DNA from: Bdellovibrionales bacterium
GTDB taxonomy: Bacteria > Bdellovibrionota > Bdellovibrionia > Bdellovibrionales > UBA1609
Assembly: GCA_965261545.1 (NCBI GenBank)
Contig: CBDHDF010000010.1
Location: 224,001 to 288,000 of the forward strand
Length of the DNA: 64,000 nt
Direction: 5' to 3'
Shown: positions 39,938-50,484 of the stretch, piece after piece
Position numbering within the stretch: the stretch's first letter is position 1
How the letters are laid out: every line of letters starts with the position of its first letter
The notes under the pieces: generated by a model
What the model saw: the letters and a program-made list of their open reading frames with translations, nothing else
Told to the model about the DNA's origin: nothing
The model's database searches: none
Program-made: the position numbers and the translations under genes

Positions 39938-42754
39938 ATGAGTGTAATGGATTCAATGGTTTGTTTGTTGCTAGCTTTTATCAATGGAGCCAGATGTGGA
40001 ACCATGAGTAGGGCCAGACGTGGAGTCATGAGTTGGGTTTTGAAACCATCTTGGATTTGGAATACATTATTTCTAAAATTATTTCTAAGCTTAAGTTTAT
40101 TTTTAAGCTTAAATTCAAGTCTTTTTCTTTCCAATTCGACCTATGCCCAAAGTCAGAAAAGTGATATGGGAAGTTCCCGTGAGATGGATGATTCCCTCTT
40201 CGAGAAGGCGGAGCCTCCGGAATCTCATGCGGAACTTCATGAGGTGGGGGCTTCCTCTGGTTCTGCTGTGGAAAAAATTCAAGTCACAGGCTCTCGTATT
40301 CGGCGCATTAACACAGAAGGCCCCCTTCCCTTGGTTGCTGTTGATCGAGAGGCCATTGAAAACTCAGGTTATAATTCGATTTCCGACCTTATCAGGGAAA
40401 TGACTCTAAGCTCCTTTGGAGCCATGAGAGAACAGTGGCTTGGAAGCATTAGCGGTCTGGCTCATGCCAACCTTAGGGGGCTTGGGGCGGAGCGCACCCT
40501 TGTGCTCCTCAATGGCAAAAGATTAGCCGCAGATGCCATAAACCGCGCCGTGGACCTCAACTTGATTCCACTGGCCGCCATTGAAAGGGTCGAAATTCTC
40601 GCCAATGGAGGATCGGCCCTCTACGGTTCGGATGCTTTGGGAGGAGTCATCAACATGATAACGAAAAAGGGCTACACTGGCCTCGAAGCCTCCCTGCAAC
40701 AAACCCTTACCCAGTTAGAAGGTGGTGAAAAAACTCATGGGTCAGTCACCTATGGGTATGCTTCTTCAAGTTGGAGTGCCACGGGTGTTTTCTCATACAG
40801 AAACAACCGTGACATTATAGGCAGTGAAAGGGAGTGGACGGACACAAAAATTTCCACAAGGGGGGACCCTGGTACCATTGGAAGTTTGGTGAATAATGTA
40901 AAAAGTTTTCAACCCTCCGTGGACTGCCCTGTGGAAAGAGTGGATGACAGTGGCAATTGCACCTATAATTATAGCCCTCACCTCACCACTCGCCCTCAGA
41001 TTGAGCAGCTTGGGGGCCTTGTGGATGCGACCTATAACCTGGCTCCTGAGATGGAGGCTTATCTGAGGGTTCTTGGAACTCGAAAAATGACAAGACTTCA
41101 GTATCCTGCAAGCCATGGTGATATCGTACTTCCAGGTGGTCAACTCAGTCATATCACCAATTCTCGTGGGGAGCCCCTTAGATCCTTCATAGATGCTTCA
41201 GGTGATATTATTTTTCGCCAACGATTTGTGGAACTTGGGCCTCGCCGTATCGACATCCAGACAAATGCCTACAGTGCTTTAGCAGGGATCAAGGGAATGT
41301 TGTTTGCAACAGAATCTTGGGAGTGGGATTTGTCTTTGGGCTACCACTATGTGCATCGCTTGGATGGGAGGCGAGGTTTTATTCTCAAAGATGACTTAAA
41401 GAAGGCCATCCTCTCAAGTGAGTTTAACCCACAAGCGGCAGAGGGACAAAGGGGGAGCCTTTCTCAATACGAGTATAAGCCCTATCAAAAGGATACCTCT
41501 GCGGTAGCTCAAGCAGAGCTTAATCTTACGGGAGAACTTATGGAGCTCTCCCATGGCCCCCTCGGCATGAGTGTTGGCTTCGTCGCCGGTCATGAGAACT
41601 TTGAAACACGAACGGATCAGGCTACAAAAGACGGTTTTGTTCTCAATAAAGGTGGGCTTGATGGAGAGGGATCCCGCAAAACCCTCTCTTCTTACTTGGA
41701 GTTAAGCCTCCCTTTGCTCCAGTCCCTGGAGTGGCAACTGGCCATGCGATATGACAATTATAATGATTTTGGATCTGCTTTCAACCCCCAGGTGGCTCTT
41801 CGTTGGTCTCCTTCAAGCTCTTGGATGCTTCGAGGATCTGTGGGGACGGGATTTATGGCTCCCCGGATTCAAGACGTTTACTCCAGTGAAACAAGTGGGT
41901 ACCCCTCTTTTATCGATCATGTTCTCTGTCGCAATCAGGGCAAACAGTGCACACCTGTGGGAACTCCTATTTTGCGTCGTGGGAATAAAAATCTCACAGA
42001 GGAAAAGTCTATCTATGGAGGCTTAGGAACTTCCTACCAAATCACTTCTCAGCTTCATTTGGCCTTCGATTCTTGGTACATGCGCATTAAGGATGAAATT
42101 GGTTCAGACTTTTCAGCTATGACACTGGCAGAAGCTGAATTTGGATCCGATTACGTTCGTGACTATGGAATTGACATTCAAAGAGACCCTAGCACTCAAG
42201 AAATCACTCGTGTTGTGACCCCTTGGCTGAATTTGGCTTCCAAAGAGCTAACAGGGATTGATCTCACAGCTCGCTGGAACCTTGCCGTTCCATCTTGGAA
42301 GCTAGGGAATGTCGGCTGGTTGCTAGGAAAGCTAGAGAGGCTAGGTGGGGGGCGCTTGGACCTCAAGTTGGCCCACTCCCAGATATTTTACTACAAAGAG
42401 GAGCTTTTTCCAGGTCTGGGTTTTATAAATCAATTGGGAAAACGGGGAAAGCCTGCGTGGAGGGAGCAAATCTCAATGACCTACTCTCCCCATGACAAGC
42501 ACCAAGTTTATTTCGGTGTGCGCATCGTGGGACCCAATGACAAATTTCTTGGTGGGACCCATAAAACCTATGGTGAATACGATGCTCAATATAAGTATCT
42601 GGCTTCGTGGGGTGGTCAGTGGAGACTAGGGGTTCGCAACCTCCTTGGTAGCACCCCACCCCTTGATGAAACCCTTCCAGAAAACCAATTGAATACCTCC
42701 CTCTATAATAACTTGGGGCGCTATGTCTCAATGGGCTATAATCATAAATTCTAG
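39938..42754 (+). CDS. TonB-dependent receptor
   Basis: IQVTGSRIRR (TonB box region), NLRGLG..RTLVLLNGKR, SALYGSDALGGVIN, terminal Phe. Confidence 0.93.
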   Translation: MSVMDSMVCLLLAFINGARCGTMSRARRGVMSWVLKPSWIWNTLFLKLFLSLSLFLSLNSSLFLSNSTYAQSQKSDMGSSREMDDSLFEKAEPPESHAELHEVGASSGSAVEKIQVTGSRIRRINTEGPLPLVAVDREAIENSGYNSISDLIREMTLSSFGAMREQWLGSISGLAHANLRGLGAERTLVLLNGKRLAADAINRAVDLNLIPLAAIERVEILANGGSALYGSDALGGVINMITKKGYTGLEASLQQTLTQLEGGEKTHGSVTYGYASSSWSATGVFSYRNNRDIIGSEREWTDTKISTRGDPGTIGSLVNNVKSFQPSVDCPVERVDDSGNCTYNYSPHLTTRPQIEQLGGLVDATYNLAPEMEAYLRVLGTRKMTRLQYPASHGDIVLPGGQLSHITNSRGEPLRSFIDASGDIIFRQRFVELGPRRIDIQTNAYSALAGIKGMLFATESWEWDLSLGYHYVHRLDGRRGFILKDDLKKAILSSEFNPQAAEGQRGSLSQYEYKPYQKDTSAVAQAELNLTGELMELSHGPLGMSVGFVAGHENFETRTDQATKDGFVLNKGGLDGEGSRKTLSSYLELSLPLLQSLEWQLAMRYDNYNDFGSAFNPQVALRWSPSSSWMLRGSVGTGFMAPRIQDVYSSETSGYPSFIDHVLCRNQGKQCTPVGTPILRRGNKNLTEEKSIYGGLGTSYQITSQLHLAFDSWYMRIKDEIGSDFSAMTLAEAEFGSDYVRDYGIDIQRDPSTQEITRVVTPWLNLASKELTGIDLTARWNLAVPSWKLGNVGWLLGKLERLGGGRLDLKLAHSQIFYYKEELFPGLGFINQLGKRGKPAWREQISMTYSPHDKHQVYFGVRIVGPNDKFLGGTHKTYGEYDAQYKYLASWGGQWRLGVRNLLGSTPPLDETLPENQLNTSLYNNLGRYVSMGYNHKF

Positions 42755-42926
42755 CTATTTCCACCTTTTTGTGACTTATTTCTCTTGTCCTTTGGCCATA
42801 ATATGGCTTGGCGACGAGGAGAAAATTTGGTAATTCACGTGTGTTTTATGGTGCGCTTCATCTTTTTGCAGCCCTAAAACCTTGAGCACTTTAACAAAGA
42901 ATCTGAGAGCCTAGTGAAGGAGGCCC

Positions 42927-43817
42927 ATGGAAAAAAGAAAGTTGATTTATTGCATTTTCCCGCCTTTGGTTTTTTTACCTTTTTCATGGAGTTCATGGAG
43001 TTTCTTTTCTATGTTTATGTCCAGGCTGATTTTGCTGCTTCCATTGTTGGTCGTGTTTTCTTTGTGGTCTCTTCACTTTGCCGAAGCTCAAAAGAAAGAT
43101 AAAAAGAAAGCTCCCACAGCCTCACTGAATCAGCTCACAAGGACTCAAAAGCAAAACGACAGGGACGCCACGGCTTCCCAAAAGAAAATCACTCAAATAG
43201 CCAATGCCACAAGGTCTTTGTTGGACGATTACCGGGTGGTAAATCGCCAAGTTGAAAATACAAAGGTTTACAATCAACAACTTCGTGATCTCATTGGTTC
43301 TCAAAAAAAAGAAATGAAGTCCATTGGTCAACAAATACAAGGTCTTGCTAAGACAAACAAGGAAATCCTACCCTTGATGTCGAGAATGATTGATCATTTA
43401 GAAAAATTTATTTCTTTGGATAGTCCCTTTCTCCCAGATGAAAGACGCCATCGCCTAGAGACTCTCAAAGTGATGATAAAGCGAGCGGATGTATCAACTT
43501 CTGAAAAATACCGTCGTATTCTTGAAGCCTATCAAATAGAAAATGAGTATGGTCGTACGATTGAAGCCTATAAGGGACTTCAAAAACACGATGGCCAAGA
43601 GCTTACTGTGGATTTCCTACGCATAGGTCGACTGAGCTTGATTTATCAATCTGTGAATGGAGACAAGGGTGGTTATTGGGATAAGGAAAACCGTCGCTGG
43701 GCGAACCTCCCCAGTGAGTACAAAAAAACTGTTCGCAGGGGCATTCGCATGGCGCGCAAGCAATTGGCGCCCGATCTTATAAAGATTCCCATAGGTTCTT
43801 CTAAGGTGACTCAATGA
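42927..43817 (+). CDS. DUF3450-family periplasmic protein of TonB2-type cluster (start may be later)
   Basis: D.PF..ER..R, EKYRRILEAYQIE.EYGR, DFLRIGR. Confidence 0.85.
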   Translation: MEKRKLIYCIFPPLVFLPFSWSSWSFFSMFMSRLILLLPLLVVFSLWSLHFAEAQKKDKKKAPTASLNQLTRTQKQNDRDATASQKKITQIANATRSLLDDYRVVNRQVENTKVYNQQLRDLIGSQKKEMKSIGQQIQGLAKTNKEILPLMSRMIDHLEKFISLDSPFLPDERRHRLETLKVMIKRADVSTSEKYRRILEAYQIENEYGRTIEAYKGLQKHDGQELTVDFLRIGRLSLIYQSVNGDKGGYWDKENRRWANLPSEYKKTVRRGIRMARKQLAPDLIKIPIGSSKVTQ

Positions 43818-45409
43818 AACAAGGACGTAAAAGAATGCAAAAAAGTAATGTAAAAAGTAGGGTGAAAGAAAATACAACGCAAAGAAGGATAGCCAAGTTC
43901 ATGCTCCCTTCCAGAGGAGAGGGCCGGATCATTGGAGTCAGAAGTATGGGAGTCATGACTTTTATGTTCTTGGCCTTTATTTTTTCGCTTTTACTCTCCC
44001 TTTCAGATGTATCGAATGCAAAGAGCCCTAGGAATGCAAAGGGTACAGGTATTTCGAAATCTTTGTCTCTCGATGATCTTCTTAAGGAAATTAAAAGTGA
44101 GCAGCGCACACAGTCTGCTGAGAACCAAAAGCGTGAGAAGGAATTTCTTAAGAAAAAGTCTCAACAACAGAGCCTTTTAACCCAAGCCCGTGCTGAGTTG
44201 AAAAGGCAGGAGTCTATAACTGAGCTTTTAACCCAAGAGTTTCAGAAAAATGAAAAGGATCTTACCAAGCTTGAACATGAACTTAATCTTACGCTTGGCA
44301 CAATGGGGGAGCTTTTTGGTGTGGTAAGACAGGTCTCGGGCGATCTCAAAGGTATTTTTCAAACCTCTGTGGTCTCTGCCGAGCTTCCTGGCCGTGAAGC
44401 TTTTGTGGGACGCTTGGCTGAAACAAAGGTTCTTCCTGAAATTAAAGACCTGGAGCAGCTTTGGTTTGAAATGCAGCGAGAGATGACAAAGGCGGGGGAG
44501 GTTTCCCAGTTTCAAAGAGATGTGATCCTACCCAACGGTGAAAAACAAAATAGGACTGTCACTCGGGTAGGCAGCTTTAATCTTATTTCAGAGAGCTCTT
44601 ACTTGGTTCATCAACATGAAACAGGTCAAATCACAGAACTTTCTCGTCAGCCCTCCAGTCGCTTTACATCTCTTCTTGAAGGTGCTTCAAGTCCTCGAAA
44701 TTATTATGCAGCCTTTGCTATTGATCCCTCCCGTGGGGCTATTCTCTCTATGTTGGTGCAAGCCCCCAACTTCTTGGAACGAATCCAGCAAGGAGGTATT
44801 GTGGGCTATGTGATTCTCTTTCTCCTGGCCATTGGGATTATTCTTACATGGGAGAGAATTGCCTACCTTAAAAGGGAGGATGATAATATAAAACAGCAAT
44901 TTAAAAACTCCACACCTAATAAGAACAATGCTTTGGGACGTGTTATGAATGTTTTTTACGAACATAAAAACATGAACTTAGATGCCTTGGAACTTAAAAT
45001 GGACGAGGCTATTATAAGGAATACATCTCCCATTGAGCGTGGGGTGGGGACCATTAAGATTCTTGCCACAGTGGCTCCCCTTTTGGGTCTTCTTGGCACA
45101 GTGACAGGTATGATTGCGACTTTTCAGTCCATCACACTGTTTGGAACAGGGGACCCCAAGCTTATGGCTGGAGGAATTTCCCAAGCTCTCATTACAACAG
45201 TGTTGGGTCTTGTTTGTGCCATCCCCCTTTTGCTCCTTCACAACCTAGTAGCTTCAAAGAGCCGGAGGATTGTGCAAATCCTTGAAGAGCAGTGTGTGGG
45301 TCTTCTTGCTGATCAAGAAGCTTGTAAAGCCAAAAACCAAAAAAACCAAGTCCAAACCCAAGCTCAAGAGGAAGGGGGCGTTGCAGAGCCAGCAGCCACG
45401 AGCCCCTAG
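43814..45409 (+). CDS. TtpC-like large MotA/TolQ/ExbB protein
   Basis: N-terminal coiled coil, IDPSRG, APLLGLLGTVTGMI.TF, GDPKLMAGGISQAL. Confidence 0.88.
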   Translation: MKQGRKRMQKSNVKSRVKENTTQRRIAKFMLPSRGEGRIIGVRSMGVMTFMFLAFIFSLLLSLSDVSNAKSPRNAKGTGISKSLSLDDLLKEIKSEQRTQSAENQKREKEFLKKKSQQQSLLTQARAELKRQESITELLTQEFQKNEKDLTKLEHELNLTLGTMGELFGVVRQVSGDLKGIFQTSVVSAELPGREAFVGRLAETKVLPEIKDLEQLWFEMQREMTKAGEVSQFQRDVILPNGEKQNRTVTRVGSFNLISESSYLVHQHETGQITELSRQPSSRFTSLLEGASSPRNYYAAFAIDPSRGAILSMLVQAPNFLERIQQGGIVGYVILFLLAIGIILTWERIAYLKREDDNIKQQFKNSTPNKNNALGRVMNVFYEHKNMNLDALELKMDEAIIRNTSPIERGVGTIKILATVAPLLGLLGTVTGMIATFQSITLFGTGDPKLMAGGISQALITTVLGLVCAIPLLLLHNLVASKSRRIVQILEEQCVGLLADQEACKAKNQKNQVQTQAQEEGGVAEPAATSP

Positions 45410-45527
45410 AATCCCTAGAACTCCCCAATAAAGTAAAAGAAAAGAGTAAAGTAGAGTAGAGTAGGAAGGGAAGAGAGCGGGGAGTAGAAGAGGGAGTTAA
45501 GTAGAGAAAGATCAAAGAGGATCAAAG

Positions 45528-46043
45528 ATGTTAAGTTTAATAGATGTCATTCGTGAATTTTTAGATAAGGGTGGGGAGGTTCTCTGGTTGATCCTCATCA
45601 CAACTTTTCTACTTTGGACATTTATCATTGAGCGTTTTCTCTTCATGGGAACAGTCTTTCCCAGTCGGGTGAAGCGTCTCCGGGAGCAGTGGGCGAAGCG
45701 CCCTGAAAAAGTTTCTTGGTGGTCCCATAAAATTCGAGATAAAATGATTTCTGAAGCTAAAATGGAACTCAACCAATTTATTCCCTTTATTAAGGTCCTT
45801 GTCGCCCTCTGCCCTTTGTTGGGTCTTCTGGGAACAGTCACGGGAATGATCGCTGTTTTTGATGTGATGGCCATAACTGGAACAGGCAATGCTCGCATGA
45901 TGGCTTCGGGTATTTCTATGGCGACTATACCCACTATGGCAGGAATGGTGGCTTCACTTTCGGGCCTTTACTTGGGAGCTCGGCTGGAGAAAAAAGCTAA
46001 AAGAGAGGTCGAAAATGTGGCCAAACTTTTAGAGTGTCATTGA
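45528..46043 (+). CDS. exbB: ExbB proton-channel protein
   Basis: CPLLGLLGTVTGMI.VF, MASGISMATIPTMAG. Confidence 0.88.
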   Translation: MLSLIDVIREFLDKGGEVLWLILITTFLLWTFIIERFLFMGTVFPSRVKRLREQWAKRPEKVSWWSHKIRDKMISEAKMELNQFIPFIKVLVALCPLLGLLGTVTGMIAVFDVMAITGTGNARMMASGISMATIPTMAGMVASLSGLYLGARLEKKAKREVENVAKLLECH

Positions 46044-46150
46044 ATATGAGATTGTGAGTGCCCTGAATAGAGATTGAGTGCCTTGAATATGAAATTCTGA
46101 ATGTTCTTAATGCGATGATTTAATGGACAACTGGTGTAGGAGGTAAATCT

Positions 46151-46558
46151 ATGAGACGCAGAAAAAACTCAGCCACTGAAGATACAGGAATTGACTTAAC
46201 TCCCATGCTTGATGTGGTTTTTATCATGTTGATCTTTTTTATTGTAACAACCTCCTTTGTCAAAGAATCGGGAATTCAGGTTAGCCGTCCCAATGCAGCC
46301 ACTGCGGAAAAAAAAGAGCGAGCCAATATTTTGATTGCCATTTCGGAGGCCGGAGAGGTTTGGATTCAAAAAAGGCGAGTGGATATTCGATCTGTTCGAG
46401 CTAATGTGGAAAGGCTTCACGCAGAAAGCCCCGAGGGCACAGTGGTGATTCAGGCTGACAAGGGCTCTAAGAATGGGCTTCTCGTGCAAGTCATGGACCA
46501 GGTTCGCCTTGCGGGAATTCAAAGTATTTCACTCGCAGCCAAAGCGACAAGGGAGTAG
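46151..46558 (+). CDS. exbD: ExbD
   Basis: IDLTPMLDVVFIMLIFFIVT. Confidence 0.93.
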   Translation: MRRRKNSATEDTGIDLTPMLDVVFIMLIFFIVTTSFVKESGIQVSRPNAATAEKKERANILIAISEAGEVWIQKRRVDIRSVRANVERLHAESPEGTVVIQADKGSKNGLLVQVMDQVRLAGIQSISLAAKATRE

Positions 46559-46561
46559 AGC

Positions 46562-47185
46562 TTGCGTTTGTTACAGGCCGCCATTGCGGCCATAGCTGTC
46601 ACCATGGGGCTTTTTTATTTTATGTCTGTTCTCATCTCTGGGGGAGGGACTTTCGTGGAGAAAGAGGCGGGGCAGGCCATTGAGTTTGTGCGCATGAAGC
46701 CCGATGATCGCCTGGAAACTCGCAAGAGGAAGCTCCCCAAAAAGCCGCCTGAGATTAAAAAACCTCCTGAAATTCAAAAACTTAAGGTGGCCAAGGCCGA
46801 CTCCCCCACCAAGCCCAAAATGCAAATGGATATGCCAGATATGGACCTCCCTATGTCTAAGGGGGATGGGCCCTTTCTTGGGGTTGGAGGTGGTGGAAGC
46901 CAAGACTCTGAGGTCATGCCTCTTGTACGCATTGAACCTCAGTTTCCAAGAAAGGCTGCCATGAGAGGTATTGAGGGCTGGGTTCAACTGCAATTTGATG
47001 TGACCGAAGCTGGCACTGTGAACAATGTGCAAATTATTAAGTCCTCTCCTCCCCGCATGTTTGATAGCAATGCCCGGAGGGCTCTTTTAAAGTGGAAGTA
47101 TAAACCCAAAACTGTGGATGGGAAGCCTATCGCTCGCAAAGGGCTGAAAGTCCAATTGGACTTTAAACTTGAGGGGGAGTTATAG
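46562..47185 (+). CDS. tonB: TonB energy transducer
   Basis: N-terminal TM, Lys/Pro linker, PQFP..A..GIEGWV...F, WKYKP. Confidence 0.9.
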   Translation: MRLLQAAIAAIAVTMGLFYFMSVLISGGGTFVEKEAGQAIEFVRMKPDDRLETRKRKLPKKPPEIKKPPEIQKLKVAKADSPTKPKMQMDMPDMDLPMSKGDGPFLGVGGGGSQDSEVMPLVRIEPQFPRKAAMRGIEGWVQLQFDVTEAGTVNNVQIIKSSPPRMFDSNARRALLKWKYKPKTVDGKPIARKGLKVQLDFKLEGEL

Positions 47186-48489
47186 TGACCCGTACTTTGG
47201 CACAGCTTGCACGCTTTACATTCTTTTTATTTATAGTTCTTGCCTCTAGCACCCATGCTCTCACTGCCCATGCTCTCACTCTCGAGGATGTTGAATTTAA
47301 GCCCATAAAAGCGAAGGCACTGAATGATCGGCCGGCAGCTCTCACAAGTAAGTTCACCCACAAAAGACTCTCTCGATCCCATACAGCACTGATCGCAGAG
47401 AAGTATGACCAAGCTATCGAAATGCTTAAAAAGCTAGAGGCTCAAACGAAATCACGTCCCTTTGAACTCGCTCAAGTTTATCAAACTCTAGGCTTTGCCT
47501 ACGCCAATAAAGATGATTTGAAAAATGCCGTTGTTTATTTCAAAAAATCCATTGACCTCAAGTCTCTTCCAACCTCCCCCACCCTTTCCTCTCTTTACAC
47601 TTTGGCCCAACTTCAAATTGGCCAGGAAATGTACCAAAGTGGCCTGACAACCCTTTTGGAATGGTTTCACCATGTGAAAAAGCCACGGGCGCAAGCCTAT
47701 GTTTTGTTGGCCACAGCTCTTTTTGAGCTCAAGAAAAAAGGTCCCGCTCTCGTTTTTATAAATAAAGCTTTGGAGTTGTCTCAAGTTCCTGCCGAGAATT
47801 GGTTGCAGTTTGCAGTGGCTCTCAATTATGAAAACAAAAAATACAAGGAGGCGGCCTCTGCTCTTAGGCTTCTGGTAGAGAGGTATCCCCAAAAAAAGAA
47901 ATATTGGAAGCAATTGGTGGGTGTTTACCTCAATCTGGATGATATTTCTTCCGCTCTAGCCACCATTCAAATGGCCTATAAAATCAAACATATGACGGAA
48001 GACAAAGAGCTTCTCAATATGATAAGCCTTCAACTGACTGAAGAAATTCCCTATAAAGCTGCAAAAGCCTTGGAAAGCTTTATGAATAACGAGCAAGTGC
48101 CTAAAAACAAAAAACATTTTGAAATTTTGGCCCAAGCCTGGATACAGTCAGAAGAGTTAGAGCGAGCCATAGACCCACTTCAAAAGGCCGCAGAACTCTC
48201 TAAGGATGGCAAAGTGGCGGCCAAGCAGGGGCATCTCTTACTAGAGCTAGGCAGATTTTCTCATGCGGTCAAGGCTTACTCCATGAGTTTAAAAAAGGGA
48301 GGGCTTAAGAGTCCAGGTCGTATTTATCTTGCCCGTGGAATTGCTCAACTAAATCTAAAGAAATACGAGGAGGCCATTGCGAATTTTGAAAAGGCCCAAG
48401 GTATAGAGAAAACATCCCAAGCGGCTGAGCAGTGGCTCCAACATGTTCATCTTGAAAAAAGGTATACCTCTTCTTATGCGCCGCAATGA
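47185..48489 (+). CDS. Periplasmic TPR protein of TonB2-type cluster
   Basis: Signal peptide, multiple TPR-like helices, YP.KKYW.QL. Confidence 0.85.
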   Translation: MTRTLAQLARFTFFLFIVLASSTHALTAHALTLEDVEFKPIKAKALNDRPAALTSKFTHKRLSRSHTALIAEKYDQAIEMLKKLEAQTKSRPFELAQVYQTLGFAYANKDDLKNAVVYFKKSIDLKSLPTSPTLSSLYTLAQLQIGQEMYQSGLTTLLEWFHHVKKPRAQAYVLLATALFELKKKGPALVFINKALELSQVPAENWLQFAVALNYENKKYKEAASALRLLVERYPQKKKYWKQLVGVYLNLDDISSALATIQMAYKIKHMTEDKELLNMISLQLTEEIPYKAAKALESFMNNEQVPKNKKHFEILAQAWIQSEELERAIDPLQKAAELSKDGKVAAKQGHLLLELGRFSHAVKAYSMSLKKGGLKSPGRIYLARGIAQLNLKKYEEAIANFEKAQGIEKTSQAAEQWLQHVHLEKRYTSSYAPQ

Positions 48490-48534
48490 ACGGCGTATTA
48501 AACATATTGCAAACGGAAAAGTCACATAAACAAT

Positions 48535-50484
48535 TCAGCTTCTTTTTAAGTACCACTGACTCCAAAATGCTCTTTGCTCTTTGGCTTGGGCTTTAAACAT
48601 GGACTGTCCTGAAATATATGGAATCTTGTGACTGTGAGCAAACTCCAAGCCGGGAGAATCTTGGGTGTAATTGAGATCAATGACTTTGTGGGGGCTATGG
48701 GAAGGCCACTTTTTATGGCGATTTCGGCCCACAGCCCAAATAAGAGAGGAGATTGGTTCAAAAGGCATTTTTGAGGCGGTTTGCTCAGATGAAAGCGGCT
48801 TTCCCGTTCTTGCTGAATAAAAGGAAGCTTTCTTTCCCAGAGCTTTGAGAGCGAGAGCCATACTCCTTCTTGTTCCTCCACCTCCCCATACTATGGCGAA
48901 GGATTTTACATGTGTGAACAAACACTTTAAGCCATCGATATCTGTGTTATGTCCCACAATTTTTTTATCTTTTTCATCGAAGAAAAGAGTATTGACCGAT
49001 TGAGATTCTTGAGCCACGGAAGACAGCTGATCGCAGAAGTGCAGAGCGGATTTTTTCAATGGAGATGTCACAGCCGCACATATTAAACCTAAGTCTTTGA
49101 GAATGGAAAGACCAGGATCGAGTTCTTTTTCCTCCATGGAAATTCTCAATACAGGTATATTTTCTTTCCTAAAGTATTCATCGTGTTCAATGGGTGTGTG
49201 GCTAGACTCCACAGGTTGACCAAGAACAGCGGCAAAATTTTTAAAATTGTCTAGCCCTCGCAGCCAGTCCAATAAGAGGGGCTGGTCTTTGCAGGAGCTA
49301 CTGTCACCAAGTCTCACAAAGTTGAATTTCATATATGGCTTTTGCCTCATGCGGTACCAGCTCCAGCGGCCTGATTGAGAGCGAGGAAGGAAACTGCGAT
49401 TTTCTGGATGTTTTTTCCACCATTGATGGGCTTCCCACAATTCTTCGAAATTCTCAATGGAAATTGCAAGTTTTAAATGTTTGGAAGAGCCATTGAATTT
49501 AAAATATTTTTCTAACTGTTGGCAGCAGTCCTTAACACTCCCCCCTCCATATTTCTCTCTTTTATGAAGGGAAATGACATGGCAAGGGACTTTGGGTTCT
49601 CCCAGTTCCAGAGCCCAGTCGATTTTCATTTCCATGGTATTTTGATTGTCGTTCTGATTGGTATTGTGAGTGGTTCTGTGGGAGAGGATGAGTTTTTCGG
49701 CAGGAATTAGTTCTCTTGCCCATTGAATTTGCTGGGGGCAGAGCAAGTCATTTCGTAGTTCAAAGTGGCTAAAAAAAGCTTCATACTTTTTCACAAATAA
49801 ATGCAGAAAATGGTAAGAGGCCATGTGTTGGGGGAAGAGAGTGATTTGTCCATGAGGTGTCACCTTGTGAGGTGAAGGCTTGCTGGATAGTGATGGAGGT
49901 GTCTGTGGAGTTTGGCTAGATGGTGATGGATTAAAAATCATGGATTCCCAGGGATTGGGAAAATCGAGGCCCTCGATGAGGGTGATTTCGTCGTGGGCCC
50001 ATTGGGCATACCTTTGTTCTCGCTTTTTAAAACGCTTTAAAAATTCTTTGTACTCTGACGTTTTCTCCCCCTTTGGGGGCAATGGAGGACGGTTCATTAA
50101 AGTGCGCCCGAGGGAATCTGTTGTTCTTCGTACCCAAATGACAACAAGTTCGGGGGGGATGGCCTTTTCAAAGTCGGAGAGGATGGCACTTTGGGATCCA
50201 TCTTTTTGGAATCCATCTCCTTCAAACCCAGCACCTAGGGCCATGTAATGGTTCCTTGTGGCTTTGTGTTGGTGACTTTGAAGCCATTGGTTCAAGACTT
50301 TCCTTTCTATTTTACGAAAGGCGGCCTCCCCTTCAGATTCAAAAATATGGGAGAGATTTTTTCCGCAGAGTTTTTCAATTTCTTCATCCAAGTCCCAACA
50401 ATGGGCTGATGGATCGTAGGCTTTCATTCTTTTTAGAAGAGAAGACTTACCCACTCCTCGGTGTCCGACAAGTAAGTAAATCAT
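48535..50484 (-). CDS. Fused shikimate kinase / type I dehydroquinase-like / shikimate dehydrogenase
   Basis: GHRGVGKS and GEAAFR..E (AroK); FELRND, ISLH, LKLA, DQP (AroD-like); GQPV..S.TP, VTSPLK, SVNT, NTDIDG, GGGGT (AroE). Start 50484 overlaps the aroA stop. Confidence 0.8.
   Translation of the reverse strand: MIYLLVGHRGVGKSSLLKRMKAYDPSAHCWDLDEEIEKLCGKNLSHIFESEGEAAFRKIERKVLNQWLQSHQHKATRNHYMALGAGFEGDGFQKDGSQSAILSDFEKAIPPELVVIWVRRTTDSLGRTLMNRPPLPPKGEKTSEYKEFLKRFKKREQRYAQWAHDEITLIEGLDFPNPWESMIFNPSPSSQTPQTPPSLSSKPSPHKVTPHGQITLFPQHMASYHFLHLFVKKYEAFFSHFELRNDLLCPQQIQWARELIPAEKLILSHRTTHNTNQNDNQNTMEMKIDWALELGEPKVPCHVISLHKREKYGGGSVKDCCQQLEKYFKFNGSSKHLKLAISIENFEELWEAHQWWKKHPENRSFLPRSQSGRWSWYRMRQKPYMKFNFVRLGDSSSCKDQPLLLDWLRGLDNFKNFAAVLGQPVESSHTPIEHDEYFRKENIPVLRISMEEKELDPGLSILKDLGLICAAVTSPLKKSALHFCDQLSSVAQESQSVNTLFFDEKDKKIVGHNTDIDGLKCLFTHVKSFAIVWGGGGTRRSMALALKALGKKASFYSARTGKPLSSEQTASKMPFEPISSLIWAVGRNRHKKWPSHSPHKVIDLNYTQDSPGLEFAHSHKIPYISGQSMFKAQAKEQRAFWSQWYLKRS

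Noticed and set aside
45430..46110. Purine-rich tract before exbB and three degenerate ~22-bp repeats after it
   Set aside because: Consistent with the general slippage-type expansions in this genome; no spacer structure or other sign of function.
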